Assembly: GCA_965202985.1 (NCBI GenBank)
Contig: CBDBCF010000001.1
Coordinates: 1-64,000 of the forward strand
DNA length: 64,000 nt
Origin: Longimicrobiales bacterium
Lineage (GTDB): Bacteria; Gemmatimonadota; Gemmatimonadetes; Longimicrobiales; Gaopeijiaceae
Direction of reading: 5' to 3'
In this document: piece by piece, positions 1-10,963 of the stretch
Layout: the number at the start of each line of letters is the position of its first letter
Position numbering within the stretch: the stretch's first letter is position 1
The notes under the pieces: model-generated
Seen by the model: the letters and a program-made list of their open reading frames with translations, nothing else
Databases searched by the model: none
What the model was told of the DNA's origin: nothing
Translations under genes and position numbers: made by a program

Positions 1-3000
1 ACGTCTGACCGCTCGCCGGAGCGCTCGACACCGTCACCGCAGTCACTGCCGGCACCGTGAACGTACTGCCGGACACCTGGTGGCCGCCGCTGTTCGTCAC
101 CACCACGCCCGTGCCCAGCCCCAACGTCGCGTCCAGCGTCCCGCCAGCCAGACGGATCGTACCGCCGCTCAACGTCAACGCGCCCGACCCGATGCTCAAT
201 CCGTCCGCGTCCGCGTCGCCCGACGCCACCACGTACCGGAACACCAGCCCCGTCGTCCCCGTCCCGCTCGCGTAGCTCGCCTGCCTGGTCGCCGAACCGA
301 TCGTCAGTGCGAGCCGCGGCGTGCCCGTCACGTCCACCGCGCGGTTGAACTCCAGTTCGACCTCGATCGTCTCGCCACGCTCGAACACGTCGCCAACCAC
401 GGGAGAACCGATCGCCAGTCCCGTCACGCCCGGCGGTCCCAGGCTCCCGTTCACCTTGTGCGCCGCAGCGTTCGTTATCGCGTGCGTGCCCAGCCCCAAC
501 GTCGCCGCCGTCGTGCCGCCCGAAAGCACGATCGCACCGCCGTTCAGCGTCAGCGCGCTCGCGCCGACGCTGATCCCCGTCGAATCCGCGTCCACAGCCG
601 CCACCACGTAGCGGAACGTCAGAGTTCTCGTACCTCCCCGCTCGCGTACGACGCCTGACGCGTCAGCGTGTCGATCGACAACGCCAGCTGCGGCGCCCCC
701 GTCACGTCCACCGAACGCTCGAACTCGACCTCGACCTCGATCGCCTCCGTGCGTCCGTACGTGCTGTCGCTCGCCGGCGCGCTCGATATCGCCACGCCCG
801 CCACGCCCGGCGCCACCTCCTTGCTCCCGTCCACCTGGTACGCCACCGCGTCCGCGAAGTTCCACGGAACCAGCGACAGCCGAGCGTCCGTCGTCGTCCC
901 CGTCGCTCGAATCGTCGCGCCGCCCGGCAACGTCAGCGCGCTCGCCCCGATGCTGATCCCCGTCGAGTCCGCGTCCGCAGCAACCACCGTGTAGCAGAAC
1001 ACCAGGATGACGCCGCCCCCTGTCGTGCCGCACTGCGCAGCGCTCCGCGTCTGCGCGCCGATCCCCAACGCCAGCCGCGGCGTGCCCGTCGCCGTCACGC
1101 CCGCGTTGAACCCGACCCCCACCCGAATCTGGTCGCCCAGTCCGAACACGCTGTCCGTGCTCGCGTACGACAGCCCCGCGTTCGTCGCCGACAGGAAGAA
1201 CGCGCTCGTCACGTACGGCACGGCGCCCGCAACCTTGTGCCCCGAAGCGCTCGCGATCGCGTGGCTACCCAGACCCAGACCCGCCGCCGTCGATCCGTCC
1301 CGAGCGTCCACGATCGTGCCGCCGTTCAGCGCCAGCGCCCCCGACCCGATGCCGATCCCGTCCGCGTCCGCGTCCGACGCCGCCACCACGTACCGGAACT
1401 CCAACGTGCTCGTGCCGCTGCCGCTCGAGTAGCCCGCCTGTCGCGTCGAGTCGCCGATCGCCAGCGCCAGCTGCGGCGTCCCCGTCGCCGTCACCGGCCG
1501 CACGAACGACACCTCCACCGCGATCGTGTCGCCCTGCACGTACGTGTCGCCTACCACCGGACTGCTCGTTATCGCCAGCCCGCTCGGCGACGACGCCGTG
1601 AGCGTCGCGCCCGACACCTTGTGGCCCGCGCTGTTCGTCACCGCGTGGCCGCCCAGCCCCAAGACCGCGTTCGTCGTCGTGCCCGTCCGCCGGACCGTCC
1701 CGCCGTTCAGCGCCAGCGCGCTCGCGCCCACGCTCAACCCGTCCGCGTCCGCGTCCGCCTGAACCACCGTGTAGCGGAACACCAGCGACGACGTGCCCGT
1801 CCCCGACGCGTAGCTCGCCTGCCGCGTCACCGCTCCGATCCCCAACGCCAGCTGCGGCGTGCCCGTCACCGTCACCGCCGCGTTGAACTCGACCGTCGCC
1901 GCCACCACGTCGCCTCGCTCGAAGGCGTCGCCCACGGGCGGCGACGCGACGACCAAGCCGCTCACGCTCGGCGCGCCGATGCCGCCGTTCACCTTGTGGT
2001 TCGCGTCGTTGCTGAACGCGTCGCCGGAGGTGGTCAGAAACACAGCCGACCCGCCCACCCGAGCGTCGTTGATCGTGCCGCCGTTCAGCGTCAACGCGCT
2101 CCCGCCGACGCTCAACCCGTCCGCGTCCACGTCCGCTGCCTGCACCGCATAGACGAACACCAGATCCCTCGTGCCCGTACCCGAAGCGTACTCCGCCTGC
2201 CGCGTCTGCGAACCGATCCCCAGCGCAAACTGCGGCGCGCCCGTCACGTCCACCGCCCGCGCGAACCCCACCGTCACCTCGATCCGCTCTCCAAGCTGGT
2301 ACGTCTGACTGCTCGCCGGCGTGCTCTGGACATGGAAGCCCGTCACGTGCGGCGTCGTGAAACTCGAGCCGTCCACCCGGTGGCCACTGTTGTTCGCGAC
2401 CGCGTGCGAACCCAGCCCCAGAAGCGCGTCCACCGTCGCGCCCGACAGCCGGATCGCGCCGCCGTTCAGCGTCAGCGCGCTCGCTGCGATGCTGATCCCG
2501 TCCGTGTCGCTGTCCGACTGCACCACCGTGTAGCGGAACAGGAGCGTCGTCGTGCCCGTCCCGCTCACGTAGCTCGCCTGACGCGTCGCGCTCCCGATCC
2601 CCAGCGCCAGCTGCGGCGTCCCCGTCACGTCCACCGCCCGATGAAACTGGACGCGGACCTCGATCCGCTCGCCCCGCTCGTACTCCGTGTTGTACGGATC
2701 GTTCCCGAGCGACACGCCGCTGACGGTCGGCGGTCCCAAGCTGCCGTCCACCTTGTGCGCCGCAGCGTTCGCTATCGCGTGGCTGCCCAGCCCCAGGCCC
2801 GCCGCCGTCGAACCGTCGCGAGCGTCGTTGATCGTTCCGCTGTTCAGCGTCAGGCGCGCTCGCACCGACGCTGATACCCGTCGAGTCCGCGTCCGCCGCC
2901 ACCACCGTGTAGTGGAACGCCAGCGTGTTCGTGCCGCTCCCGCTCGCGTACGACGCCTGCCGCGTCAGCGTGTCGATCCCCAAAGCCAGCTGCGGCGTGC

Positions 3001-6000
3001 CCGTCACGTCCACCGGGCGCGTGAACGACACCTCGACCTCGATCACCTCCGTACGTCCGTACGTGCTGTCGCTCGACGGTGCGCTCGCGATCGCCACGCC
3101 GCTCGGCGCCGACGCCGTGAACGTCCCGCCCGCAACCTTGTGGCCCGTGCTGTTCGCGACCGCGTGCGCGCCCAAACCCAGCAACGCGTCCGTCGTCCCG
3201 CCCGACACACGGACCGTACCGCCGTTCAGCGCCAAAGCGCCCGACCCGATGCTCAATCCGTCCGCGTCCACGTCCGCCGTCACCACCACGTACCGGAACA
3301 CCAGCGTGTCCGTGCCCGTGCCCGCGGCGTAGTCCGCCTGCTTCGTCGCGCTCCCGGATCCCCAAAGCCAGCCGCGGCGTGCCCGTCACGTCCACCGACT
3401 TGTTGAACACGACCTTGACCTCGATCGTCTCGCCGCGCTCGAACGTGTCGCCCACCTCCGGCGAGCCGATCGCCAACCCCGCAACGCCCGGCGGCCCCAG
3501 GCTGCCGTCCACCTTGTGCGCCGAAGCGTTCGCGACCACGTGGACCCGCAAGCCCAGGTAGGCGTTCACCGTCGCCGACCCCGCCCGCCTGACCGTCCCG
3601 CCGTTCAGCGCCAGCGCGCCCGCGCCGATGCTGATCCCGTCGCTGTCCGCGTCCCCAGCCGCCACCACGTAACGGAACACCAGCGAATCGCCGCCCGTCC
3701 CCGACACGTAGCTCGCCTGCTTCGTCGCCGACCCGATCCCCAAAGCCAGCTGCGGCGTCCCCGTCACGTCCACGTTCTCGTTGAACACCAGCCCGACCTC
3801 GACGGTGTCGCCCAGCGCATACGTGTCGTCGCCCCCAGCGTCGCTCGCAATCGCCGTGCCCGTCGCGTGAGGCACCGCCTGAGCGCCGTTCACCTTGTGC
3901 GCCGAAGCGTTCGCGATCGGCGTGAACTCCAAGAAGGCGTTCGCCGCGCCCGCCGGCGCTCCGGCCGTCCTGACGTAGTCGCTGCCGCCAAGCGCGACGC
4001 TGTCCACGCTGAGCCCGTCCGCGTCCAGGTCGGCCAGCGTCGGAACGTACCGCCAGTGCAAAGTCCGGGTGCCAGTGTTCACGTTGTGTATGTAGCCCGC
4101 GCGGACATCCTCCCCGATCGTGAGGTATATGGCCGACGACGCCGTGACCGACGCCGCTATGCCCCGATCGAACACCGTGAAGAAGTCGATGATCTCGCCG
4201 CTCGCCCACGTCTGGTCGGCGCCCGCGCCGGTGGGAATCGAAACGCTGCTCACTTTCGGCACTTCCCACACGCGGTGGGACCTGTCGTCCGTCGCGACGT
4301 GAGTCCACAAGCTCAGGTACGCGTCCGTCGCCGTGCCCGCCCTTCTGATCGTGCCGCCGTTCAGCGTCAGCGCGTCCCGCCCGTAGCTGATCCCGTTCGT
4401 GTCCGAGTCTCCCGACGCCACGACGTAGTTGAACCTCAGCGTGGCGGTGCCCGTCCCCGACACGTAGCTCGCCTGCACCACCGCGCTCAGCACCAGCGCC
4501 AGCTGCGGCGTACCCGTCACGTCCACCGCCTGGTTGAACACGACTTCCACCGCGACCGTGTCCCCTTCCACGTAGATGCTGTCGGTGCCCGCGTCGCTCG
4601 CGAACGACGTGCCCGTCACGATCGTCGCGCCCGAGCCCAGTACCTTGTGGGCCGCCGCGTTCGCCACAACGAAGTTCGCCGTCGACAGCGCAGCGTCCAC
4701 CGTCGCGTCCCCCGCCCGCTTGATCGTACCCCCGTTCAGAGCCAAAGCGCTCGCCCCGATGCTCAACCCGTCCGAGTCCGCGTCGCCGCTCGCCACCACG
4801 TACCGGAACGTCAGCGAATCCGTCCCCGTGCCGCCCGCGTAGCTCGCCCGACGCGTCCGCAGACCGATCCCCAGCGCCAGACGCGGCGTACCCCCCACGT
4901 CCACGCTCTCGTTGAACACCACCGCCACTTCTATCGTGTCGTTCGCCGCATACGTGCTGTCCGTGCCCGCATCGCTCGCGATCGGCATCCCCACCACGGC
5001 CGGCGGCCCCGCCGCGCCGTCCACCTTGTGCGCGCCGGCGGCGGCGACCGTGTGGACCCGCAAGCCCAGGTAAGCGTCCACCAAGGCGCCAGTCCGCCGA
5101 ATCGTCCCGCCGTTCAACGTCAACGCGCTCGAACCGATGCTGATCCCGTCCGCGTCCACGTCCCCAGGCCCAACCACGTAGCGGAACGCCAGCGAATCGC
5201 CGCCCGTCCCCGAAGCGTAGACCGCTTGCCGCGTCGCCGTCCCGACCGTCATCGCCAACCGCGGCGAGCCCCCCACGTCCACGTTCTCGTTGAACCCGAC
5301 GCCGATCTCGATCACGTCGCCACGCGCATACGTGCTGTCGCTCCCCGCATCGCTCGCAATCGACGTGCTCGTCACGTGAGGCACGTTCCTAGCGCCGTTC
5401 ACCTTGTGAGTGGCCGTATCAGCAAGAGTCACGGCTGAAAGATCGTTGTCCGCCTCGACCAACGTCCCCTCGAGCGTGACGCTGCCGATGTTCGTCAACG
5501 CGTTCTCCGGCAAGCTTATGCCGTTCTCGTCCAAGTCGGCGTTCGTCACCGTGTATCGAAACCATACCGCCCAAGGGTTCTGCTGGTACGGCATCGCCGT
5601 CACCGTGTCCGCGCCGATCTCGATCGCCAGCCTCATACCCTGCCACGTCGGCTTGTCCACGCGGGTGTTCCACGTGATGCGCAGCTCGATGTTCTCACCC
5701 GCCGCGAACGTCTGGTCGCTCGCCGGGTTCGTCTGGAAATGTATCGGGGCCATCGCCGGCCTGCGCGCAACTTGGTGGTCCCTGTCGTTGCTGATCGCGT
5801 GGGCCCCCAAACCCAGCGTCGCGTTCACCGTGCCCGACCCCGCCCTTCTGATCGTCCCGCCGTTCAGCGTCAGCGCGCTCGCCCCGATGCTCAACCCGTC
5901 CGCGTCCCTGTCCGTCGACGACCCCGGCAGCACGTAGTGGAACGCCAACGAATCGTTCCCCGTGCCCGACACGTAGCTCGCCTGTCGCGTCAGCGTGTCG

Positions 6001-6962
6001 ATCCCCAGCGCCAGCTGCGGCGCCCCCGTCACGTCCACCGACTCGCTGAACACTACCAACACCTTGATCGTGTCGCCCTGCACATACGTGCTGTCGCTCC
6101 CCGCAGAACTCGCGATGCCCACGCCGATCACCACCACTCCGCCGTCCACCTTGTGCGCCGCAGCGTTCGCGATCGCATGGCTGGCCAAGCTGCCCAGGAA
6201 CGCGTCCTTCGTGCCGAGCCTGATCGTCCCGCCGTTCAGCGTCAACGCCCCCGCGCCGATGCTGATCCCGTCCGCGTCCCTGTCCCCCCCAACCACCACG
6301 TACCGGAACACCAGCGACGCCGAACCCGTCCCGCTCGCGTAGCTCGCCTGCCTAGTCGCGCTCCCGATCCCCAAAGCCAACTGCGGCGTGCCCGTCACCG
6401 CCACAGTCGAGTCGAACGCCACCGTCACCGCTATCGTGTCGCCAGCAGCGTACGTGCTGTCCGAACCCGCGCTGCTGCTGATCGTCACCCCCGTCACCTT
6501 CGGATACCCAAACGCGCCGTCCACCTTGTGCGCCGCAGCATTCGTGATCGTATTGCCGCTCAAGCTGTGGTTGATCGGGTTGGCCGAGGTGCTGTCAAAG
6601 ATGTGCTGTTCCAACGCGTTCGCGCCGACGCTGATCCCGTCCGCGTCCCAGTCCGCCAGCTGCACAATGTACTTATGCTCTAGCCAATCAAGCCCTGCGG
6701 GCTCGTTGGTTACCCACCTCGCCGTCCCCGTCGCCGACCCGATGTTCAGGGTAAGGTTCGAAAAACCAGAGGCTGCGTCTATGTCACCGCTAAACCATAT
6801 CCGCAGCTTGATCGTGTCGCCCTGCACGTACGTGCTGTCCGTCCCCGCAGAACTGACGATCCTCAGACTGTCCACGCCCACGCTTTGGGCGCTCAGCGGC
6901 GCCGTGGTCCCGAGCGCCGCCAGCAGGCCGAACGCCGCGAGCGCGGTTCTCGCTACCGGCAT
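1..6962 (-). CDS. Giant secreted repetitive surface protein/adhesin with at least 18 tandem ~120-aa Ig-like repeats; 3' end runs off the window; three 1-nt frameshifts (~3356, ~2853, ~634)
   Basis: Signal peptide MPVARTALAAFGLLAALGTTAPLSAQ is followed by repeats of the consensus S..GxDSTY..GDTIxVxVxF..VxVTGTPQLALGIG..TRQASYxSGxGT.xLxFRYxV..xDxDxDGISIG..ALxLNGGTI...HKVxG. The repeat continues across ORFs 2850..6962, 1265..3301 and 619..2865 and to position 1. Confidence 0.85.
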
Positions 6963-7022
6963 CAGTACAGACCGAAACCTGGCGTCCGATCCAGGCTTGC
7001 TGAAAGAAAGTCGCTTTGGGGA

Positions 7023-7048
7023 GGGGGGGGGGGGGGGGGGGGGGGGGG
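7023..7048 (-). repeat. Homopolymer G26 (C26 on the coding strand) just upstream of the giant gene
   Basis: Directly visible run of G at 7023-7048, flanked by A and a further GGGG at 7018-7021. Confidence 0.95.
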
Positions 7049-7182
7049 ACGAGTCATTTGTCGGTGCCGGGTGTCGGTTGATCGATCACGACATGCTGCC
7101 TGCCGTCAGTCAGGGCGAGAATATAGCGAAATCGCCTGGTCCGTTCCAGGGTTCGCGGACTGCGCATGGAATCTATTTCGAT

Positions 7183-8946
7183 TCAACGGACCGACGGGAG
7201 CGCTTCTTCTTGCCGTGCTTCCGCCAAGCACGCCTCCAGAGCCCGACGCGCAGACGCGCCGCTGGGCGCAGCCATGGCCTGGGCGGCCGCCGCCCGGACG
7301 TCGGAGATGCGCAGCCGGCGAATCAGCCGCTCGACCTCGGGCAGCGACGGCCAAGCCACGGACAGAACCTTGACACCCAGGCCCAGAAGGAGCGCGGCGC
7401 CCAGGGGGCGGGCCGCCATCTCGCCGCAGGCGCTCACCTCGATGCCGGCGGAGCGGCCGGCTTGCGACACCATCGATATCAAGCGGGCGACCGCGGGGTG
7501 AAGGGGATCGAAGAGGCCGGCCAGACGACGGCTGTTGCGATCCACCGCCAGCGTGTATTGGACCAGGTCGTTCGTGCCGATGGAAAAGAAGTCGGCGCGA
7601 GTCGCGAGTTCGCGCGCCAGGAGGGCGGCGGCGGGCGTCTCGACGGCGGCGCCCAGCTTGACGGCGGGAGCAAAGGGCGTGCCGGCGCGGCGCAGATCGT
7701 CCGCCGCTTCGTCGACGTGCTGTCGGACGAACCGCAGGTCGTCGGGCGTGCTGACCAGCGGGACCATGATCCGCAGGTCGCCGTGGACGGCAGCCCGCAG
7801 CAGGGCGCGGAGCTGCGTGGCCAGCAGCTCGGGCTCGTCGCGGTAGACGCGGACGCCGCGTCGGCCCAGGAACGGGTTCTTTTCGCTGGGCGTCCGCAGG
7901 AAGATGGGGAACTTGTCGCCCCCCAAGTCGAAGGTGCGGACGATCACCGGTTGACCGGGAAAGGCTTCGACCACCAAGCGGTAGGCCGCGTATTGCTCCG
8001 ATTCGTCGGGGGCGACGGCTCGGCCCGCGGCCAGGAATTCGGTGCGGAACAGCCCCACTCCGGCGGCGCCGTGCTCGCGGGCCCGGACGGCCTCGGCGGG
8101 CAGGTCCAGGTTGGCACGGAGGACGACCGGCTCGTGGTCCCGGGTCGTCAGCGTCCGGCAGGCGACGGCGGGCGCGCTCCGGGGGCGAGCCGCCAGCTCG
8201 GTGCGATGTCGCTCGAACCGCGTCCGTTCGGAAGCTCCGGGGTTCAGGACGACCCTTCCCGACCGGCCGTCCACGATCATCGCTTGGCCGTCGCGGGCGG
8301 CGCGGCAGACGTCGCCCAGCCCGGCGACGGCGGGGATCCGGAGGGATCGGGCCAGGATCGCCCAGTGGGAGGTTCGGGCACCCTCGTCGGTGGCCACGGC
8401 CACGATCTTGGCCGGGTCCATGCGCGCCGCGAAGCTGGGGGTCAGGTCCGGCGCCACGGCTACGGTTCCGGCTTCGACGTGGTCCAGGTCCCACGGGCCG
8501 GGCAGGTCCAGGAGGCGGCCCAGGACGCGCAGCTTCAGGTCTTCCAGGTCGTTGATCCTGTCCAGCAGGGTGGGCTGGGACGCGCGGGTCCAGCGTTCCT
8601 TGAGCTCGAGCATCCGCCAGTCGAAGGCGCGGGCGGCGGACAGGCGGTGCTCGGCCACGTAGCGTCGGGTGCCTTCGACCACCTCCGGGTCGTCCAGCAT
8701 CAGGATCTGGGGATCGAAGATGCGGGCCTCCACCGGACCCAGGCGGGCCTGCGTGTCGTTCTTCAGCGCCTCCAGACGGGTCCTGGCCCAGTCCAAGGCG
8801 TCCTGAAAGCGCGCCAGCTCGCTTTCGCGGGCGTCGGCGGCCACCGTCTGGTGGGGGACCTCGGGAACGCGCCAGTCGAAGCGGCGAACGACGCCCATGG
8901 CCAGTCCCTCGGAGGCTGCGAAGCCGTCCAGGACCGGACTACTCAC
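7183..8946 (-). CDS. ptsI: Phosphoenolpyruvate-protein phosphotransferase (PTS enzyme I)
   Basis: Motifs RTSH(W)AILARS (phospho-His), GLFRTEF, RTFDLGGDK, FFSIGTNDLVQY and CGEMA. GTG start at 8946 overlaps the end of ptsH. Confidence 0.93.
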   Translation of the reverse strand: MSSPVLDGFAASEGLAMGVVRRFDWRVPEVPHQTVAADARESELARFQDALDWARTRLEALKNDTQARLGPVEARIFDPQILMLDDPEVVEGTRRYVAEHRLSAARAFDWRMLELKERWTRASQPTLLDRINDLEDLKLRVLGRLLDLPGPWDLDHVEAGTVAVAPDLTPSFAARMDPAKIVAVATDEGARTSHWAILARSLRIPAVAGLGDVCRAARDGQAMIVDGRSGRVVLNPGASERTRFERHRTELAARPRSAPAVACRTLTTRDHEPVVLRANLDLPAEAVRAREHGAAGVGLFRTEFLAAGRAVAPDESEQYAAYRLVVEAFPGQPVIVRTFDLGGDKFPIFLRTPSEKNPFLGRRGVRVYRDEPELLATQLRALLRAAVHGDLRIMVPLVSTPDDLRFVRQHVDEAADDLRRAGTPFAPAVKLGAAVETPAAALLARELATRADFFSIGTNDLVQYTLAVDRNSRRLAGLFDPLHPAVARLISMVSQAGRSAGIEVSACGEMAARPLGAALLLGLGVKVLSVAWPSLPEVERLIRRLRISDVRAAAAQAMAAPSGASARRALEACLAEARQEEALPSVR

Positions 8947-9226
8947 CGAAGCCGGCTTCCACGAGGGCCGCCAGGGCTTCGGCGGCCGGGCCGGCGTCGT
9001 CTCCAACGGCGGTGACGACCAGAACGCTGCCCTGCTCCGCCGCCAGCATGAGCACGCCCATGATGCTCTTGCCGTTCACCGACACGTCGTCCTTGCGGAC
9101 CTCGACCGACGACGAGAACCGGCCGGCGATCTTGACGAACTCCGCCGCGGGACGGGCGTGCATGCCCAGCGGGTTGGGGACGCGGGCCGTCCGCGTGCAG
9201 CGGGTCTCGGGGCGGTCGCGCTTCAC
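8939..9226 (-). CDS. ptsH: Phosphocarrier protein HPr
   Basis: GMHARPA (His15) and GKSIMGVLML (Ser46) motifs. Confidence 0.95.
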   Translation of the reverse strand: MKRDRPETRCTRTARVPNPLGMHARPAAEFVKIAGRFSSSVEVRKDDVSVNGKSIMGVLMLAAEQGSVLVVTAVGDDAGPAAEALAALVEAGFGE

Positions 9227-9618
9227 GGGGCGAACGGACCCCGACCGGCGATCGCGGCGCGCCCCTTGTCCGCCAAGCGGGGGACGAGCTCGTCGAAGCT
9301 CAATCGGCGGTTGAACACGAAGTCCAAGAGCATGGGGAGGTTGACGCCGGTCACCACGGTCACGCCGGCGTGGTCGCGAGCCACGTCGAGCGCGGCCCGG
9401 TGGCAGCTGCCTGCGGACAGGTCGGTGAAGATGACGTTCCTGGTCCCCGACAAGGCGGCCCGCGTCTTCGCGCGCAGGTCTTCCCCGCTCGTCCCTCGGT
9501 GGGCGACGACGGCCAGCGCGCCCGGCGGCGAGCCGGCGATCTGCCGGACCGCGTCCACCAGTCCTCGCGCCATTTCGCCGTGGGTCACCACTACGCCGCG
9601 GGCGGGCTCGTCACTCAT
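9223..9618 (-). CDS. PTS mannose/fructose-family EIIA component
   Basis: VVVTHG, IFTDL.GS and VVTGVNLPMLL motifs; lies between hprK and ptsH. Confidence 0.88.
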   Translation of the reverse strand: MSDEPARGVVVTHGEMARGLVDAVRQIAGSPPGALAVVAHRGTSGEDLRAKTRAALSGTRNVIFTDLSAGSCHRAALDVARDHAGVTVVTGVNLPMLLDFVFNRRLSFDELVPRLADKGRAAIAGRGPFAP

Positions 9619-10570
9619 AGTCCTCCACCAGCGACTCGCGGGGGTTCATGGCGCGGCGCAAGCCGTCGTCGAAGCGGGTGGGCACGTCCACCCCCGCGTA
9701 GGCCAGGAGCTGGTTCATGGCGACGACCTCGGTGATCACCGTGAGGTTCTTGCCCGGGTTCACCGGGATCACGAGTCGCGGCAGCTCCACGCCCAGGACG
9801 TCCGTCGATTCGCGCCCGAAGCCGGTGCGGTCGTACTCCTGGGCGTCGTCCCAGGCCTGGAGGTCCACGATCACTTCCACGCGCTTGCGTTGGCGGGTGG
9901 CGCGGGCGCCGAACATCGACGCCACATCGATGATCCCGATCCCCCTGATCTCCATGTGGAAGCCCTGCAGCTCGGCGCCCCGCCCCATGAGCACATCGGC
10001 TCGCCGACGGGAGACGAACACCAGGTCGTCGGCGACCAGGCGGTGGCCCCGCTCCACCAAGTCCAGCACGCACTCCGACTTGCCGATCCCGCTGGGGCCG
10101 GTGAAGAGGATGCCGATGCCGTACACGTCCGCCAGGGAGCCGTGCATGGTGGTCGTCGGCGCCAGCGCGTCTTCCAGGTAGGGCTTGAGCGCCCGGTAGA
10201 AGTCGCCCGTGGACATGCTGCTCCGCAGAACGGGAACGCCCGCCCGCTCCGCCTGGGCCAGAAACGGCGCCGGCACGTCCTGTCCGCGAGTCACGAAGGC
10301 CACGGGCACGTCGCGGGCGAAGACGGCGGCCATGCGCCTGCCCATCTCGTCGGGGGGCAAAGCGGACAAGTAGCCCATCTCGGTCTCGCCGTACACCTGC
10401 GGGCGACCTTCGGCGAAGCGGTCCGTGTAGCCGGCCAGCGCCAAGCCGGGGCTGGCCACGTCGGGGTCCTCGATGCGCCCGTCCAGGGGAACGCCGGGCG
10501 TGAGCAGACGCAACCCCAGCGACGCCTCCTTGGCCGCAAGGAGACGTTGGACCGTGAGCGGCGCGTTCAC
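9611..10570 (-). CDS. hprK: HPr kinase/phosphorylase
   Basis: PGLALAGY, HG.L.DVYG.G, Walker A GPSGIGKSE, LVADD and MEIRGIGII motifs. Confidence 0.96.
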   Translation of the reverse strand: MNAPLTVQRLLAAKEASLGLRLLTPGVPLDGRIEDPDVASPGLALAGYTDRFAEGRPQVYGETEMGYLSALPPDEMGRRMAAVFARDVPVAFVTRGQDVPAPFLAQAERAGVPVLRSSMSTGDFYRALKPYLEDALAPTTTMHGSLADVYGIGILFTGPSGIGKSECVLDLVERGHRLVADDLVFVSRRRADVLMGRGAELQGFHMEIRGIGIIDVASMFGARATRQRKRVEVIVDLQAWDDAQEYDRTGFGRESTDVLGVELPRLVIPVNPGKNLTVITEVVAMNQLLAYAGVDVPTRFDDGLRRAMNPRESLVEDYE

Positions 10571-10589
10571 GACCGCCGGCGCCGCGGGA

Positions 10590-10907
10590 TCACGCGCCGG
10601 GATCGGCGGACGTGTGGCGAAACTCCTTGCGCCGCTTCCGGTCGCGCCGGAGGATGCGCTTGACGTGCTGGTCCAGGTCGTCCAAGGCCCCCCGGAAGTC
10701 GGGACCCTCGCCGCGCGCCACCACGGGCTGCCGGCGACGGCGCGAGACGATGGCCTCGGCGAACCGGCGACGGCCTTCGGTCTCGAAGACGAAGCTCACG
10801 TCCATGACGGCCGCGTCGAAGCGGGGCCAGCGCTCGGCCAGCGCCTCCGCCTGCCGCCTGTCGCCGGAACTGATGCTGCAACCGCGGGCTGTGATGCGTA
10901 CGGCCAC
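10590..10907 (-). CDS. hpf: Ribosome hibernation factor HPF/RaiA family
   Basis: C-terminal part of ORF 10590..12122 from GTG at 10907: VRITARG...VVARGEGPDFRGALDDLDQHVKRILRRDRKR; typical position upstream of hprK. Confidence 0.75.
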   Translation of the reverse strand: MAVRITARGCSISSGDRRQAEALAERWPRFDAAVMDVSFVFETEGRRRFAEAIVSRRRRQPVVARGEGPDFRGALDDLDQHVKRILRRDRKRRKEFRHTSADPGA

Positions 10908-10963
10908 CTGTCTCGGGCCTCCGTTGTCGAGGGTTCGTCGGTCTCCCAAGGGCTCGCCCAATT

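Noticed and set aside
1..6962. Diversity-generating retroelement target
   Set aside because: No reverse transcriptase or template repeat was seen, and repeat differences are not obviously adenine-specific.
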